A DNA stretch of 64,000 nt, from NCBI RefSeq assembly GCF_006345805.1, contig NC_043023.1:3534001-3598000 (forward strand), in the 5' to 3' direction. Origin of the DNA: Octopus sinensis. Taxonomy: Eukaryota. The translations under genes were made by a program, and so were the position numbers. This document shows, in pieces, positions 51,722 to 64,000 of the stretch (position 1 is the first letter of the stretch; the number at the start of each line of letters is the position of its first letter). The notes beneath the pieces are model-generated. The model had not been told where the DNA came from. It did not search any database and saw only the letters and a program-made list of their open reading frames with translations.

Positions 51722-52165
51722 TGATAGTATAAGTACTAGGCTTACAAAGAATAAGTCTTGGGGTCAATTAGTTCAACTAAAGTTCAAATTCCACCAAGGT
51801 CGACGTTGTCTTTCATCTATTTGGAGTCAATAAATTAAGTACCAGTGAAACACTGGGGTCAGTGTTATCAACTAGACCCCTTCCACAAAATTTCAGGCCT
51901 TGTGCCTTCAATAGAAAAAATTTATTTTTTGGTATTTCTTTCCTCTTCCAAAAATGGTGGGCCGTGGTCTGATGGTAGGGAAAGAGATTTGACTGCTATC
52001 TCTAGAAGGTCCTGGTATTGTATACTGGCTCACTTTTTGGTCATAACAAGGAGACTAGGGTTCAAAATTAATGACAGGAATAATAACAGAGAAAAGAAAG
52101 TCAAAACCAGGATAATCGTTGGTTTAACACTCAATGGGAAAAAAGAATAAGTAACTAGAAACGGC

Positions 52166-52199
52166 TTCGACATTTTGAGCACAAGCTCTTCTTCAGGAA
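52166..52199 (-). ncRNA. Decayed minimal PLE-type hammerhead
   Basis: TTC-CTGAAGA-A-GAGC-TTGT-GCTC-AAAATGTC-GAA. GAAAC has become AAAAT, consistent with CpG decay. Confidence 0.45.
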
Positions 52200-52744
52200 A
52201 TAAAAAGGATAGAGAAACATGTGTTGGACTGTGTTGGCTCATGTTGAAAAACCAACATATACATGCATGTATATATATATCCACATGCTCACACACACAA
52301 TGATGATAGTGGTATACAAACACATACATATATTAAAGAAGCTCTGTGTGTGTGTGTGTGTGTATACAAAGAGTTCGCAGCAACATGCTTCAGAATTCAT
52401 GCATATACAACATGAATATACTGCTTGTTATGAATGTGCATGTGTAGTGTGTACACAACACATATATATATATATATAAATATATGTATATATATATATA
52501 ATATATATATAGGCTTATGTGTGTGTATATGTAGATTAATATGATGTATATAGTTACAGGGTTGGTGGGTGTGTGTGTTGGTATATATATATATATATAT
52601 AATAAAATGTTAGTGTGTATATATATATATGTGCATACACACACATATACATATAAATGTATGCATACACATGCACATTTTACGTGTGTATATATATATG
52701 TGTGTGTGTGTGTATATATATATATATCTGTGTGTGTGTGTGTG

Positions 52745-52796
<52 letters not shown>

Positions 52797-54718
52797 GGCT
52801 TATGTGTGTATATGTAGTTTATATATGTTTGTGTGTGTATATAGATAATGTTAGTGTGTATATATATGTATATATATGTATGCATACATATGCACATTTT
52901 AAGTGTATGTACATAATATATATATATATATATATATATGTTATATATATATATATATATATTGATTTACCCTGTGCCTGTTTGTTGTGTCCCCATTCGT
53001 CAATAAGTCATGTCCTTTTGAGATGGTTTGATTTGTCATTATTGATTTCTGATAGTTCAATAATGATGATGAAGATGATGTTTACGGCAGTAAACATGAC
53101 GACAACAATGGCAATAATGATAGTGGTGAGGGCAGTGATCATGATGGTGATGATGATGATGATGGTGATGTCCCTCCACCAGTGACACCGCACCTGAGGA
53201 GATACTTACCTGGTGATGACATAGCACTTAGAAAACAGAAATTAATCTGTAGTGAATGTGATTAATTATTTCATAAAAGTGAGCATAAAGAATTTAATTA
53301 TGTGGTGAGGAAAAAACAGTAATTGCTAACGACATATCATCCTTCATCATCATCACCATCATTTAGTGTCCGTTTTCCATGCTGGCATGGGTTGGACGAT
53401 TTTGACTGAGGGCTGCCAAGCCAGATGGCTGCACCAGGCTCCAATCTGATCTGGCAGTGTTTCTACAGCTAGATGCCCTTCCTAACGCCAACCACTCCAA
53501 GAGTGTAGTGGGTGCTTTTTACGTGCCACCGGCACAGGTGCCAGTGGAGACTGGCAATGGCCACGATCGGATGGTGCTTTTTGCGTGTCATCGGCATGGA
53601 AATCATAACTACAATTTCCATCATCATCATCGTTTAACGTCCGTTTTCCATGTTAGCATGGGTTGGATGGTTCAACTGGGGTCTGGGAAGCCAGGAGGCT
53701 GCACCAGGCTCCAGTCCTGATCTGGCAGTGTTTCTACAGCTGGATGCCCTTCCTAACGCCAACCACTCCGAGAGTATAGTGGGTGATTTTATGTGTCACC
53801 ACAAATAAAATCACTTGACAACTGATGCAGGTGTGTTTGTGTCCAAGTAACTTAGCGGTCCAGCAAAAGAGACCAATAGAATAAGTACTAAGCATACAAA
53901 CAATAAGTCCTGGGGTCGATTTGCTCGACTAAAGGTGGTGCTCCATCATGGCCACAGTCAAATGACTGAAACAAGAGCAAGATATATACACACACACACA
54001 TCTACATATTTATACATACTGATGTACTCTTTTACTTGTTTCAGTTATTTGACTGCGGCCATGCTGGAGCACCACCTTTAATCGAGCAACTCGACCCCGG
54101 GACTTATTCTTTTGTAAGCCCAGTACTTATTCTATCGGTCTCTTTTTGCCGAACCGCTAAGTTACGGGGACATAAAAACACCAGCATCGGTTGTCAAGCA
54201 ATGCTAGGGGGACAAACACAAACACATATATATATATATATATATATACATATATACGACAGGCTTCTTTCAGTTTCCGTCCTTCAAATCCACTCACAGG
54301 GCTTTGGTTGGCCCGAGGCTATAGTAGAAGACACTTGCCCAACATGCCACGCAGTGGGACTGAACCCGGAACCATGTGGTTGGTAAACAAGCTACTTACC
54401 ACACAGCCACTCCTGCGCCTTATATATATGCACATGTAAACATATACACTCATAATACATATTTATATATACACACACACACACACACGTATGTGTATTC
54501 ATGCAATCAAACAAGCTAAGCCCCACCCCATCGCACCCATCCCACATATATGCATGCACGCACACACAAACACTTCAATATTTCTCCATCATCCTCAGCA
54601 TCTCCCTGCACAAACCTACTTTCCTTCATCACATATCACCTCTCTCTTATACAAACACATGCACGTTAATATATATGTGTGTGTTTATATATATATCTAT
54701 ATATATATATATATATTA

Positions 54719-54752
<34 letters not shown>

Positions 54753-54764
54753 GGCGTAGGAGTG

Positions 54765-54864
54765 NNNNNNNNNNNNNNNNNNNNNNNNNNNNNNNNNNNN
54801 NNNNNNNNNNNNNNNNNNNNNNNNNNNNNNNNNNNNNNNNNNNNNNNNNNNNNNNNNNNNNNNN
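54765..54864. other. Assembly gap (100 N)
   Basis: Run of N inside a SINE head. Confidence 1.
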
Positions 54865-55566
54865 CCAGCACTGCTTGACAACCGGTGATGGTGTGTTTGC
54901 ATCCCTGTGCACACTGGAACTGAACCAAAGTCTGTACAATTGGTAAACAAGCTTTGCAAGCATCCTGCCACACCACTCCACATGTGATCTCAGTTATAAA
55001 CCTTAGACAGGTCACTCTACTCTACATATCAACTCTTAGACGAGACATACCACTATTTCTCAGCTCAGTCGACCTCATCTTTAAACCTTAGACAAGACAC
55101 ACCACTCTGCTTGCCATGTCATCCAACCTCTAATCTCAACCTTAGACAAGACATACCACTCTAGTCAGCCTCAGTGAAGAAAGCTCTACAAAATATGGAT
55201 AAACAAATGCAACACATAACAAAATACAGTGAAATTGTGCCACAAAAGAAAGTCTCATGCAAAAACATACATTTGCAGCAATATCCAACCCATGCTAAGT
55301 GACGCAAATATATAAAAGTATACTACACAAAATGTAAAAAAAAATATTACTTATAAAAGTCTTTTAGTATTTACTTGTTTCAGTCATAAGGCTGTGGCCA
55401 TGCTGGGGCATCACCTTGAAGATTTTTAGTCGAACAAATCCACCTTTTAAGGCTGGTTTTTACTCTATTGGTCTCTTTTGCTGAACCTCTAAGTTACAAG
55501 GACATAAATGGACCAATAATGGTTATCAAGTGGTGGTGGTGGTGGTGGACACAAACACATATACAC

Positions 55567-55610
<44 letters not shown>

Positions 55611-56248
55611 TCTTTTACTTGTTTCAGTCATTTGACTGTGGCCATGCTGGAGCACCACCTTTAGTCGAGCAAATTGACCCCAGAGTTTATTGTTTGTAAG
55701 TCTGGTACTTATTCTATTCGCCCCTTTTTGCCAAACCGTTAAGTTACAGGGACACAAACACACCAGCATCGGTTGTCAAGCAATGCTAGGGGGACAAACA
55801 CAGACACACAAACACACATATATATATATATATATACGACAGGCTTCTTTTAATTTCCGTCTACTAAATCCACTCACAAGGCTTTAGACGGCCCGAGGCT
55901 ATAGTAGAAGACACTTACCCAAGGTGCCATGCAGTGGGACTGAACCCAGAACCATGTTGCTGGGAAACTCAGCCACGCCTACATAAAATATATAAAAATG
56001 TACTAAATAGTATACAAAAATATACTATATAATACTTTTGACCGTTATCTTTTTTACTTGCTTCAATCAATGGATGGTGGTCATGCTGGAGCACTGCTTC
56101 GAAAGGTTATATTAGAGTGAATCAACCCCAATACCTATTTTTTAAAGAATGATATTTATTCTATCAGTTGGTTTTGCTGAACTACTAGGTTATAGGGATG
56201 TAAACAAACCACACAGTGGGGAAGGAGAAACACAAAAGCATAAACTCA

Positions 56249-56286
<38 letters not shown>

Positions 56287-56319
56287 CATATATACATATA
56301 TATTAAAATGAAGTAGATT

Positions 56320-56355
<36 letters not shown>

Positions 56356-56631
56356 TCATTTTAACATATATTTTGTGTGTGTATATATATATATACAAAA
56401 TGGGACAAGAACGCAAAACATCCAGATACATGATACAAAGAAAACAAGGACTGGTCATCGAGTGTGGTCTTCCTCAGGTGAGTCCAGATATCTTTGCAAT
56501 TTCGGCTGGTTATACTTGATTGCTCCAATTTGCCAGTTAATCTATACATATATATATTAGATGAATATGGTACTAAGTGAGGCACTAGATTTAGTATGGT
56601 ATTACCATACAATTTCAAAGTATGGTGATTA

Positions 56632-56750
56632 AAATCAAAATAAGCAACAAGGGATATCAGAGGTTATGCAGTACGATCGTTTCATGCAACATGGAGTTGC
56701 TTGAAACGATCATGCTGCATTAACTCTGGATATCCTTGTTGCTTATTTTG

Positions 56751-56754
<4 letters not shown>
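56632..56754. repeat. Fold-back carrying a GAAACGATCGTA hammerhead half
   Basis: aaatcaaaataagcaacaag...cttgttgcttattttgattt. The fold centre truncates the ribozyme core. Confidence 0.75.
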
Positions 56755-56788
<34 letters not shown>

Positions 56789-58026
56789 TATATATATATT
56801 ACATATATTATATATATAATATACATATATACATACACATACATACATACATATATACTTAACAAATACGAACTAATATATAGTTCTAAATTTGACAGAA
56901 ATGGGGAGGCTGATTTGCTGGTGTACAGATAAGGCAGTCATGTAAACAAAGGGATGTAGGTTTGATTCCCCTGTGGATAGGAAAGCCTTCTTTTTTCTGT
57001 CAAGGACTTATATGCCCCCTTTATTAGGCCATTTTCCTTAGTCATTACACGGTTATTGCCATAAGCTTTAAGCTTATATAAAAAATATATATATAAAATA
57101 CACACATATAATCAATACTGAAGGAAAAGAAAATGGAGGGAAAATGGATGTATGAATAATTTATTTGTATGTTATGAAATGTCTGAAATTTCTTTTAAAA
57201 AACATAATAGGCGCAGGAGTGGCTGTGTGGTAAGTAGCTTGCTTACGAACCACATGGTTCCGGGTTCAGTCCTACTGCGTGGCACCTTGGGCAAGTGTCT
57301 TCTAATATGGCCTCAGGCCGACCAGTGCCTTGTGAGTGAATTTGGTAGATGGAAACTGAAAGAAGCCCGTCGTATATATGTATATATATGTATATATGTA
57401 TGTGTGTGTGTGTGTCTGCGTTCGTCCCCCCCAACATCATTTGACAACTGATGCTGGTGTCTTTATGTCCCCATAACTTAGCGGTTCGGCAAAGGAGACC
57501 GATAGAATAAGTACTAGGCTTACAAAAAATAAGTCCCGGGGTCGATTTGCTCGACTAAAAGGCGGTGCTCCAGCATGGCCGCAGTCAAATGACTGAAACA
57601 AGTAAAAGAGTAAAGAGTACAAATAAATTGAGTAGAAGTTGTAAACCTCAAAAAAATAAATTTAAAGAACCTTTTTGTGATACCTTTCTTAGCATTTAAC
57701 CAAATGCTTAAAATTTCTGATCAGCTAGGGGACTGTACTGAAACATATATGTAGGTTCTTTTATCTTATCTTTTGCAAGCTTTACAATTTGTAACCAATT
57801 TATTTGTTGTACTGTTTTTTAAAAGAAATTTCTCATATTTTATAACATACAAATAAATTATTCTTCATCCATTTTTTCTCTATTTTCTTTTCCTTCCATA
57901 TTGATAATATATATAATTACAATAATCCCTAACATACACCAGTGACCTTTGCATTATATGATAGAGATTAACCAGTGGAATATCTGGGATTATATAATCC
58001 ATAATGAAGATATAACTACCTCAAAT

Positions 58027-58061
<35 letters not shown>

Positions 58062-58493
58062 TAGTTAATTTGAACATGCCAGCCAACCTCCCTTCATTGG
58101 ACTAACTCTGTTTGCGAAGACCGTTGGGGCAAGTGAAATCAGAATCGAAATTGAACCAATCCTATGACTGGCCCCAGCGGTTGCAAGGCCACTGGACTGA
58201 CTCCTGTGCAAGGTGGCAAGTGAAGAAACAACCATTTCGACCCTGTGCTTGAGGAGATCCATTGAGTCAAGTACACCAAAATCAAGATCAATGGAAACTG
58301 CAGTTGTGATCCCTGTGCCAGTATCGCGTAAAAAGCACCATCTGAACGTGGCCAATGCCAGCACCACCTAGAATGGCTTCCGTGCCGGTGGCATGTAAAA
58401 TGCACCAATCCGATCAGGCCTACACAAAGATGCAGAAAGTGTGCGGAGAGGGGTGTAAGAGCCAAGTGTACGAAAGGAAAGAAAGAAAAAGGA

Positions 58494-58526
58494 TTTAACA
58501 TTTTGAGCGGAGCTCTTCTTCAGAAA
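58494..58526 (-). ncRNA. Decayed minimal PLE-type hammerhead
   Basis: TTT-CTGAAGA-A-GAGC-TCC-GCTC-AAAATGTT-AAA. Confidence 0.45.
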
Positions 58527-61019
58527 CATAGAAAAGTCCAAGGAAGGGACGACGGAGAACGAAATTCGCCAACGATACACACACGGTCACATATTGAAAA
58601 ATTAACTATATATAGTTCATCATCATCATCATTTAACATCCGTTCTCCATGCTAGCATGGGTTGGACAGTTTGACCGGGAATCTGGGAAGCCAGAAGGCT
58701 GCACCAGGCTCCAATCTTGATCTAACACCAACCACTCCGAGGCTGGCAAATGGCCACGATCGGATGGTGCTTTTTATGTGCCACCGGCACGGGGGCCAGG
58801 CGAGGCTGGCAACAGCCACAATCGGATGGTGCCTTTCATGTGTCACCGGCACAGAGGCCGGTCGGGGTGGCGCTGGCAACAGCCACGTTCGGATGGTTCT
58901 CTTACGTGCCATCGGCACTGGTATCACAACTGCAATTTCCATTGATGTTGATCGATTTCGATTTTCACTTGCCTCAACAGGTCTTCACAAGTAGAGTTTT
59001 GTGTCCCAAGAAGGAAAGGTATGCATAAGTGGACTGGCTACGTCCCAGGTAGAGACCACGGGTGATGGTCTCACTTGTCCTGCCAGGTCTTCCCACTGTG
59101 CATGTGTGTGTGTGTGTGTGTTTGTCCCCCATCACCGCTTGACACCTGGTGTTGGTTTGTTTACATTCCCGTAACTTAGCCATTCGGCAAAAGAACAAGT
59201 AAGAAATAAGTACTAAGGGGGGGGAGGTCGATTTGTTTGACTAAAAAAAACCACTTGAAGGTGGTGCTCCAGCATGGCCACAGTCAACTGACTAAAACGA
59301 ATAAAAGAATAAAAGAATAAGAATGTATAGAAATATCAGTATATGATATATATAAAACTAGCCTAAATGAAAATATGCGAAGAATATGAGAAAACTAAAA
59401 GAACAAAACTAGGTTTCATGCTCGATTTGTTTATAAAATTTTACCATTGTTGAGTTGCTATGGTGACAGAGGAACGTGGGTAGACTGTGGGTCACCCACC
59501 ACACACAGGAGGCAGAGGGGAAGAAAAAGAAGAAAATGATGTTAAAAGACTGCAGAGATGGTCATGATGATGATATGGTGGTGATGATGATTATGGTGAT
59601 GATGATGATGATAACAGCACTTGGATTGAGTTGTGATGATGGTAGTGGTGGTGATGGCGACAGTGAAAAGAATCAATGATTGTGATGAAGATGGTGAAGA
59701 TGATGATGATGATGGTGATGGTGATGATGATGATGATGGTGATGATGATGGTGATAATGTTCATGATAGTGATGGTGATGGTACCACTGATGATGAGGAT
59801 GATGATGATGGTGATGATGATGATGGTGATGACGATGATGATGACGATAATGGTGATGATGATGAGGATGGTGACAGGTCAATGTCGATAATAGTCCAGA
59901 TGGTCAGAAACGGAACAGACATGCAAGCACATGTAAATCGTTAATTAATTGGTTAAATAGATAAATAAATAAATAAACAAATTAATTCGTTAATTAATTT
60001 AAAACATTAGCAACATTTAAAATCATTATTATTATTATTATTATTATTATTGGCATTGAAACAGAAGAAAAGACAAAGACAGAACAAAGATGAAACAAAA
60101 GAGAAGAAAGAAGGGGAGACGAGAAAAGAAAGAAAAGAAGGAAGGAAGAGGAAAAAGAAAAGGAGCATCATCATCATCATTTAGCTCCCACTTTTCCATG
60201 TTTGTATGGACCAGGTGGAGTTTACTGAGACTGGGTGGGAAGCACTCCGTCGGTTACGACGACGAGGGTTCCGGTTGATCCGAATCAACGGAACAGCCTG
60301 CTCGTGAAATTAACGTGTAAGTGGCTGAGCATTCCACAGACACGTGTACCCGTAACGTAGTTCTCGGGGATATTCAGCGTGACACAGAGAGTGACAAGGC
60401 CGGCCCTTTGAAATACAGGTACACAGAAACAAAAGAAAGAGTGAGAGAAAGCTGTGGTGAAAGAGTACAGCAGGATCACCACCATCCCCTGCCGGAGCCT
60501 CGTGGAGCTTTAGGTGTTTTCGCTCAATAACACTCACAACGCCTGGTCTGGGAATCAAACCGCGATCCTACGACCGCAAGTCCGCTGCCCTAACCACTGG
60601 GCCATGCGCCTCCACTCTGAGACTGGGTGCCCTTCCTGTCACCAACCCTTAACGGTTTTTAGCCCAATATTTATCATGCAAGTGGCTGAGTACTCCACAG
60701 GCACATGTACTCTGAATGTGGTCTTAAGGGGGTTCAGTGTGACACAGAATGTGGCAATGCTGTCCCCTTTTGAAATTCAGGTACAACTGATTTTTGCCAG
60801 CAGCTGAGAGGACTGGAGCAATGTGGAATAAAGTGTCTTGCTCAAGGACATAACATGCTGCTGCCAGGGATTGAACTCATGATCTTGGTTCTGAGCCAAA
60901 TACCCAAATCCCTAAGAGACTCTTTGAGCGGAACAAAAATAAAAGAAACACAAAAATGAGGTAAAAAAACCCCAAAGAAACACTGTATATTAAATTAGGG
61001 ATCAGGAAAATCCATTGTT

Positions 61020-61053
61020 TTTTATGTTTTGAGCATAAGCTCCTCGTCAGAAA
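61020..61053 (-). ncRNA. Decayed minimal PLE-type hammerhead
   Basis: TTT-CTGACGA-G-GAGC-TTAT-GCTC-AAAACATA-AAAA. Confidence 0.42.
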
Positions 61054-62155
61054 GAAGAGACAAGAAGAAGAGAATGGAGAGAGTATAGAACTATAGAACA
61101 AGCATATCTCAACAATGGGTTTCTTTCAGTTTTTGTCTACCAAATTCACTCACACGCTTAGAGATATTCCAAAAACTATCACTCTTTTACTCGTTTCAGT
61201 CATTTGACTGTGGCCATGCTGGAGCACCACCTTTTAATCGAGCAAATCGACCCCAGGACTTATTTTTTGTAAGCCTAGTACTTATTCTATTGGTCTCTTT
61301 TGCTGAACCGCTAAGTTACGGGTACGTAAACACACCAGCATCGGTTGTCAAGCAATGCTAGGGAGACAAACACAGACACACAAACATATACACACACGTA
61401 CATATACATATATATGATGGGCTTCTTTCAGTTTCTATTTTTGAGTATATGTTATCTGGGAGATTTTCTTATAGTAGAGAAATAGCTAGTTATTTGGCTG
61501 CTATTTCTAAATTTCGGTATTTGGTGAAGCAAATTTTTATGCTGAACCCTAATTATAATTATACTCATAATTATAAAAATTATTGTTTAAGTTCACCAAT
61601 AATGGTCCTTTTAACATGCCAAAACTACTTGGTAGAATTATTAATTATTAATTAATTAATTTTACCCTTTATTATTACATTGGAGTGGCTGTGTGGTAAG
61701 TAGCTTGCTTACCAACCACATGGTTCCGGGTTCAGTCCCACTGTGTGGCACCTTAGTCAAGTGTCTTCTAGTTATAGCCTCGGGCCGACCAAAGCCTTGT
61801 GAGTGGATTTGGTAGACGGAAACTGAAAGAAGCCCGTCGTATATATGTATAATATATAAATGTGTGTGTGTGTGTAGTTGTTGTGTGTATATATTTGTCC
61901 CCCCAACATCACTTTACAACTGATGCTGGTGTGTTTACGTCCCCGAAACTTAGTGGTTCGGCAAAAGAGACCGATTAGAATAAGTACTAGGCTTACAAAG
62001 AATAAGTTCTGAGGTCGATTTGCTCTCCTGAGATTCGCCAACACTACACTTGATTTTCTCCCCTCATACACCCAGACATTTCTACACTACTGCATGTACT
62101 TTATATGCACTTTCTGACAAGTTGTTGGTGCACCTGAGCACTGTATACAATAATT

Positions 62156-62186
<31 letters not shown>

Positions 62187-63174
62187 AACTAAAGGCGGTG
62201 CTCCAGCATGGCCACAGTCAAAATGACTGAAACAAGTAAAAGAGAGAATATCTACATATATCTATATATATATATATGATGGTCTTTTTTCAGTTACCAT
62301 CTACCAAATCCACTCACAAGGTTTTTGTCAGCCCGAGGATATAGTAGCAACATTTTCCCAATGTGCCACACAGTGGGACTGAACTCGGGACCATGTAGTC
62401 AAGAAACAAGCTTCTTACCACACAGCCATGCCTGTCCTTGATGGTAATAATGAAGTTTCTCTAACGAAGAGAGAAATTTGTATTATAATCTAATAGCCTA
62501 AAATTCACACACTATTACTTAAATGTCTGTTTGCTATGAGATTCATCGTTCATAAAAAGAATTATTTCACGTTCTCTTGAAGTTTCTAACCTCTTCTGAC
62601 ATAAGCAACATATTCTTGAATTTGCGTGTGTGTGTGTGTGCATGTGGCTGTGTGTGTGCATGTGGATGGTTGAGTGTGTGTATGAGTGGTGTATGGATGT
62701 GTGTGTGAAAGTGAGTGTGTATGTGAGTACGTGTGTGTGTGTGGGGGGTGGGTGAATGTATGTGTATGGATGCGAGTGTGTGTTGGTATGCAAATGTGTG
62801 TGTGTATGTGAATGTGTGTGTGGAGGTGAATGTGTGAGTGTGTGAGTGCGTGTGTGTGAGTGAGTGTGTGTGTGTGTGAATGTGTGTGCATGAATGTGTG
62901 TGCATGAATGTGTGTGTGTGTGAATGTGTGTGCATGAGTGTGAGTGTGTGGATGTAGGTGTGTGTGGATGTGAGTGTGTGTGTATGTGTGTGGATGCAAA
63001 TTGTGTGTGTGTGGATACAAATATGCGTGTGTGTATGTGTGGATACGAATATGTGTGTGTGGATGCAAATGCGCGTGTGCATGTGTGGATGTAAAAGTTC
63101 ACCGGGGTGCAAAGATGTGTGTATACCTTGATGCATACGTGTGGATTTGTGAATATGTGTGTGTGTGTGTGTGT

Positions 63175-63213
<39 letters not shown>

Positions 63214-63265
63214 ACAATTGGTTAGACAGTCCAAAAGCAAAGAGGAGTCATCATGTACAACTTAC

Positions 63266-63348
63266 CAGGATGTGGTCTCCTGAATGGCCCATCAGGCGTT
63301 TGTGTGACACCAAATAGCAAGAAGGTGAAAACTGTAGCTACAATGCCC
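63266..63348 (-). CDS. PTDSS2: PTDSS2 exon (first in window): (R)[27 protein letters not shown]
   Basis: tttctcttccag acceptor and GTAAGT donor. Peptide matches the PSS2 motif GVTQxxDGPFxRPHP. 83 nt, ends in phase 1. Confidence 0.95.
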
Positions 63349-63491
63349 CTGGAAGAGAAACAGAGCTTCATCATTACATTGCTCACCAAACCAACAAATA
63401 CATTTACATCATTGTTCAGCTTATAAGGCATGGCTGAGTACTGAGTCTGTTATGATCAACGGAACAGCCTATTCATGAAATTAACGGACGA

Positions 63492-63896
63492 GTGGCTGAG
63501 TATACCACAGACATGCGTAGCCCTAATGTAATTCTCAGGGAGATTTGGCGTGATACAGAATGTGACAAGTGGCTGAGTACACCACAGACATGCATACCCT
63601 TAATGTAATTCTCAGGGAGATTTGGCATGATACAGAATGTGACAAGTGGCTGAGTACACCACAGACATGCGTAGCCCTAATGTAATTCTCAGGGAGATTT
63701 GGCATGATACAGAATGTGACAAGTGGCTGAGTACACCACAGACATGCGTACCCCTAATGTAATTCTCAGGGAGATTTGGCATGATACAGAATGTGACAAG
63801 TGGCTGAGTACACCACAGACATGCGTAGCCCTAATGTAATTCTCAGGGAGATTTGGCGTGATACAGAATGTGACAAGTGGCTGAGTGTTCCACAGA
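63492..63896. repeat. 77-bp minisatellite (5 copies plus a partial) derived from a SINE body
   Basis: Units start at 63492, 63569, 63646, 63723, 63800 and 63877. Similar to 60321-60397. Confidence 0.93.
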
Positions 63897-64000
63897 TATA
63901 AAAAATAAATGTGCCCTTTTAAAGCCTAGCCAGGCTCATAGGCCCGGTTTCCTGGTTTCAATGGCATATGTGTTCCCCAGCTGGACGGGATGCCAGTCCA

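Overview
AT-rich, repeat-dense animal DNA. The (TA)n/(CA)n microsatellites and tRNA-headed SINE families are typical of an Octopus (coleoid cephalopod) genome; this taxon call is inferred from repeat style only. One protein-coding gene is supported: a phosphatidylserine synthase 2 (PTDSS2) orthologue on the minus strand. It has nine GT-AG exons from 63348 down to the stop at 20866 that splice in frame (1324 nt, about 440 aa), and its 5' exons lie beyond the window end. Almost every other ORF in the track is microsatellite or SINE noise. The rest of the window is SINEs, LINE remnants (CR1, RTE, R4/Dong-like), mariner, piggyBac, hAT and Helitron non-autonomous elements, several tandem arrays, and a 100-N gap. 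The most striking unexplained structure is a set of at least 10 short fold-back (inverted-repeat) elements from unrelated families, mostly inserted in (TA)n tracts. Many carry type I hammerhead ribozyme folds, including a perfect 122-bp palindrome with one hammerhead on each strand. This pattern fits non-autonomous Penelope-like element (pLTR) or retrozyme-like insertions.
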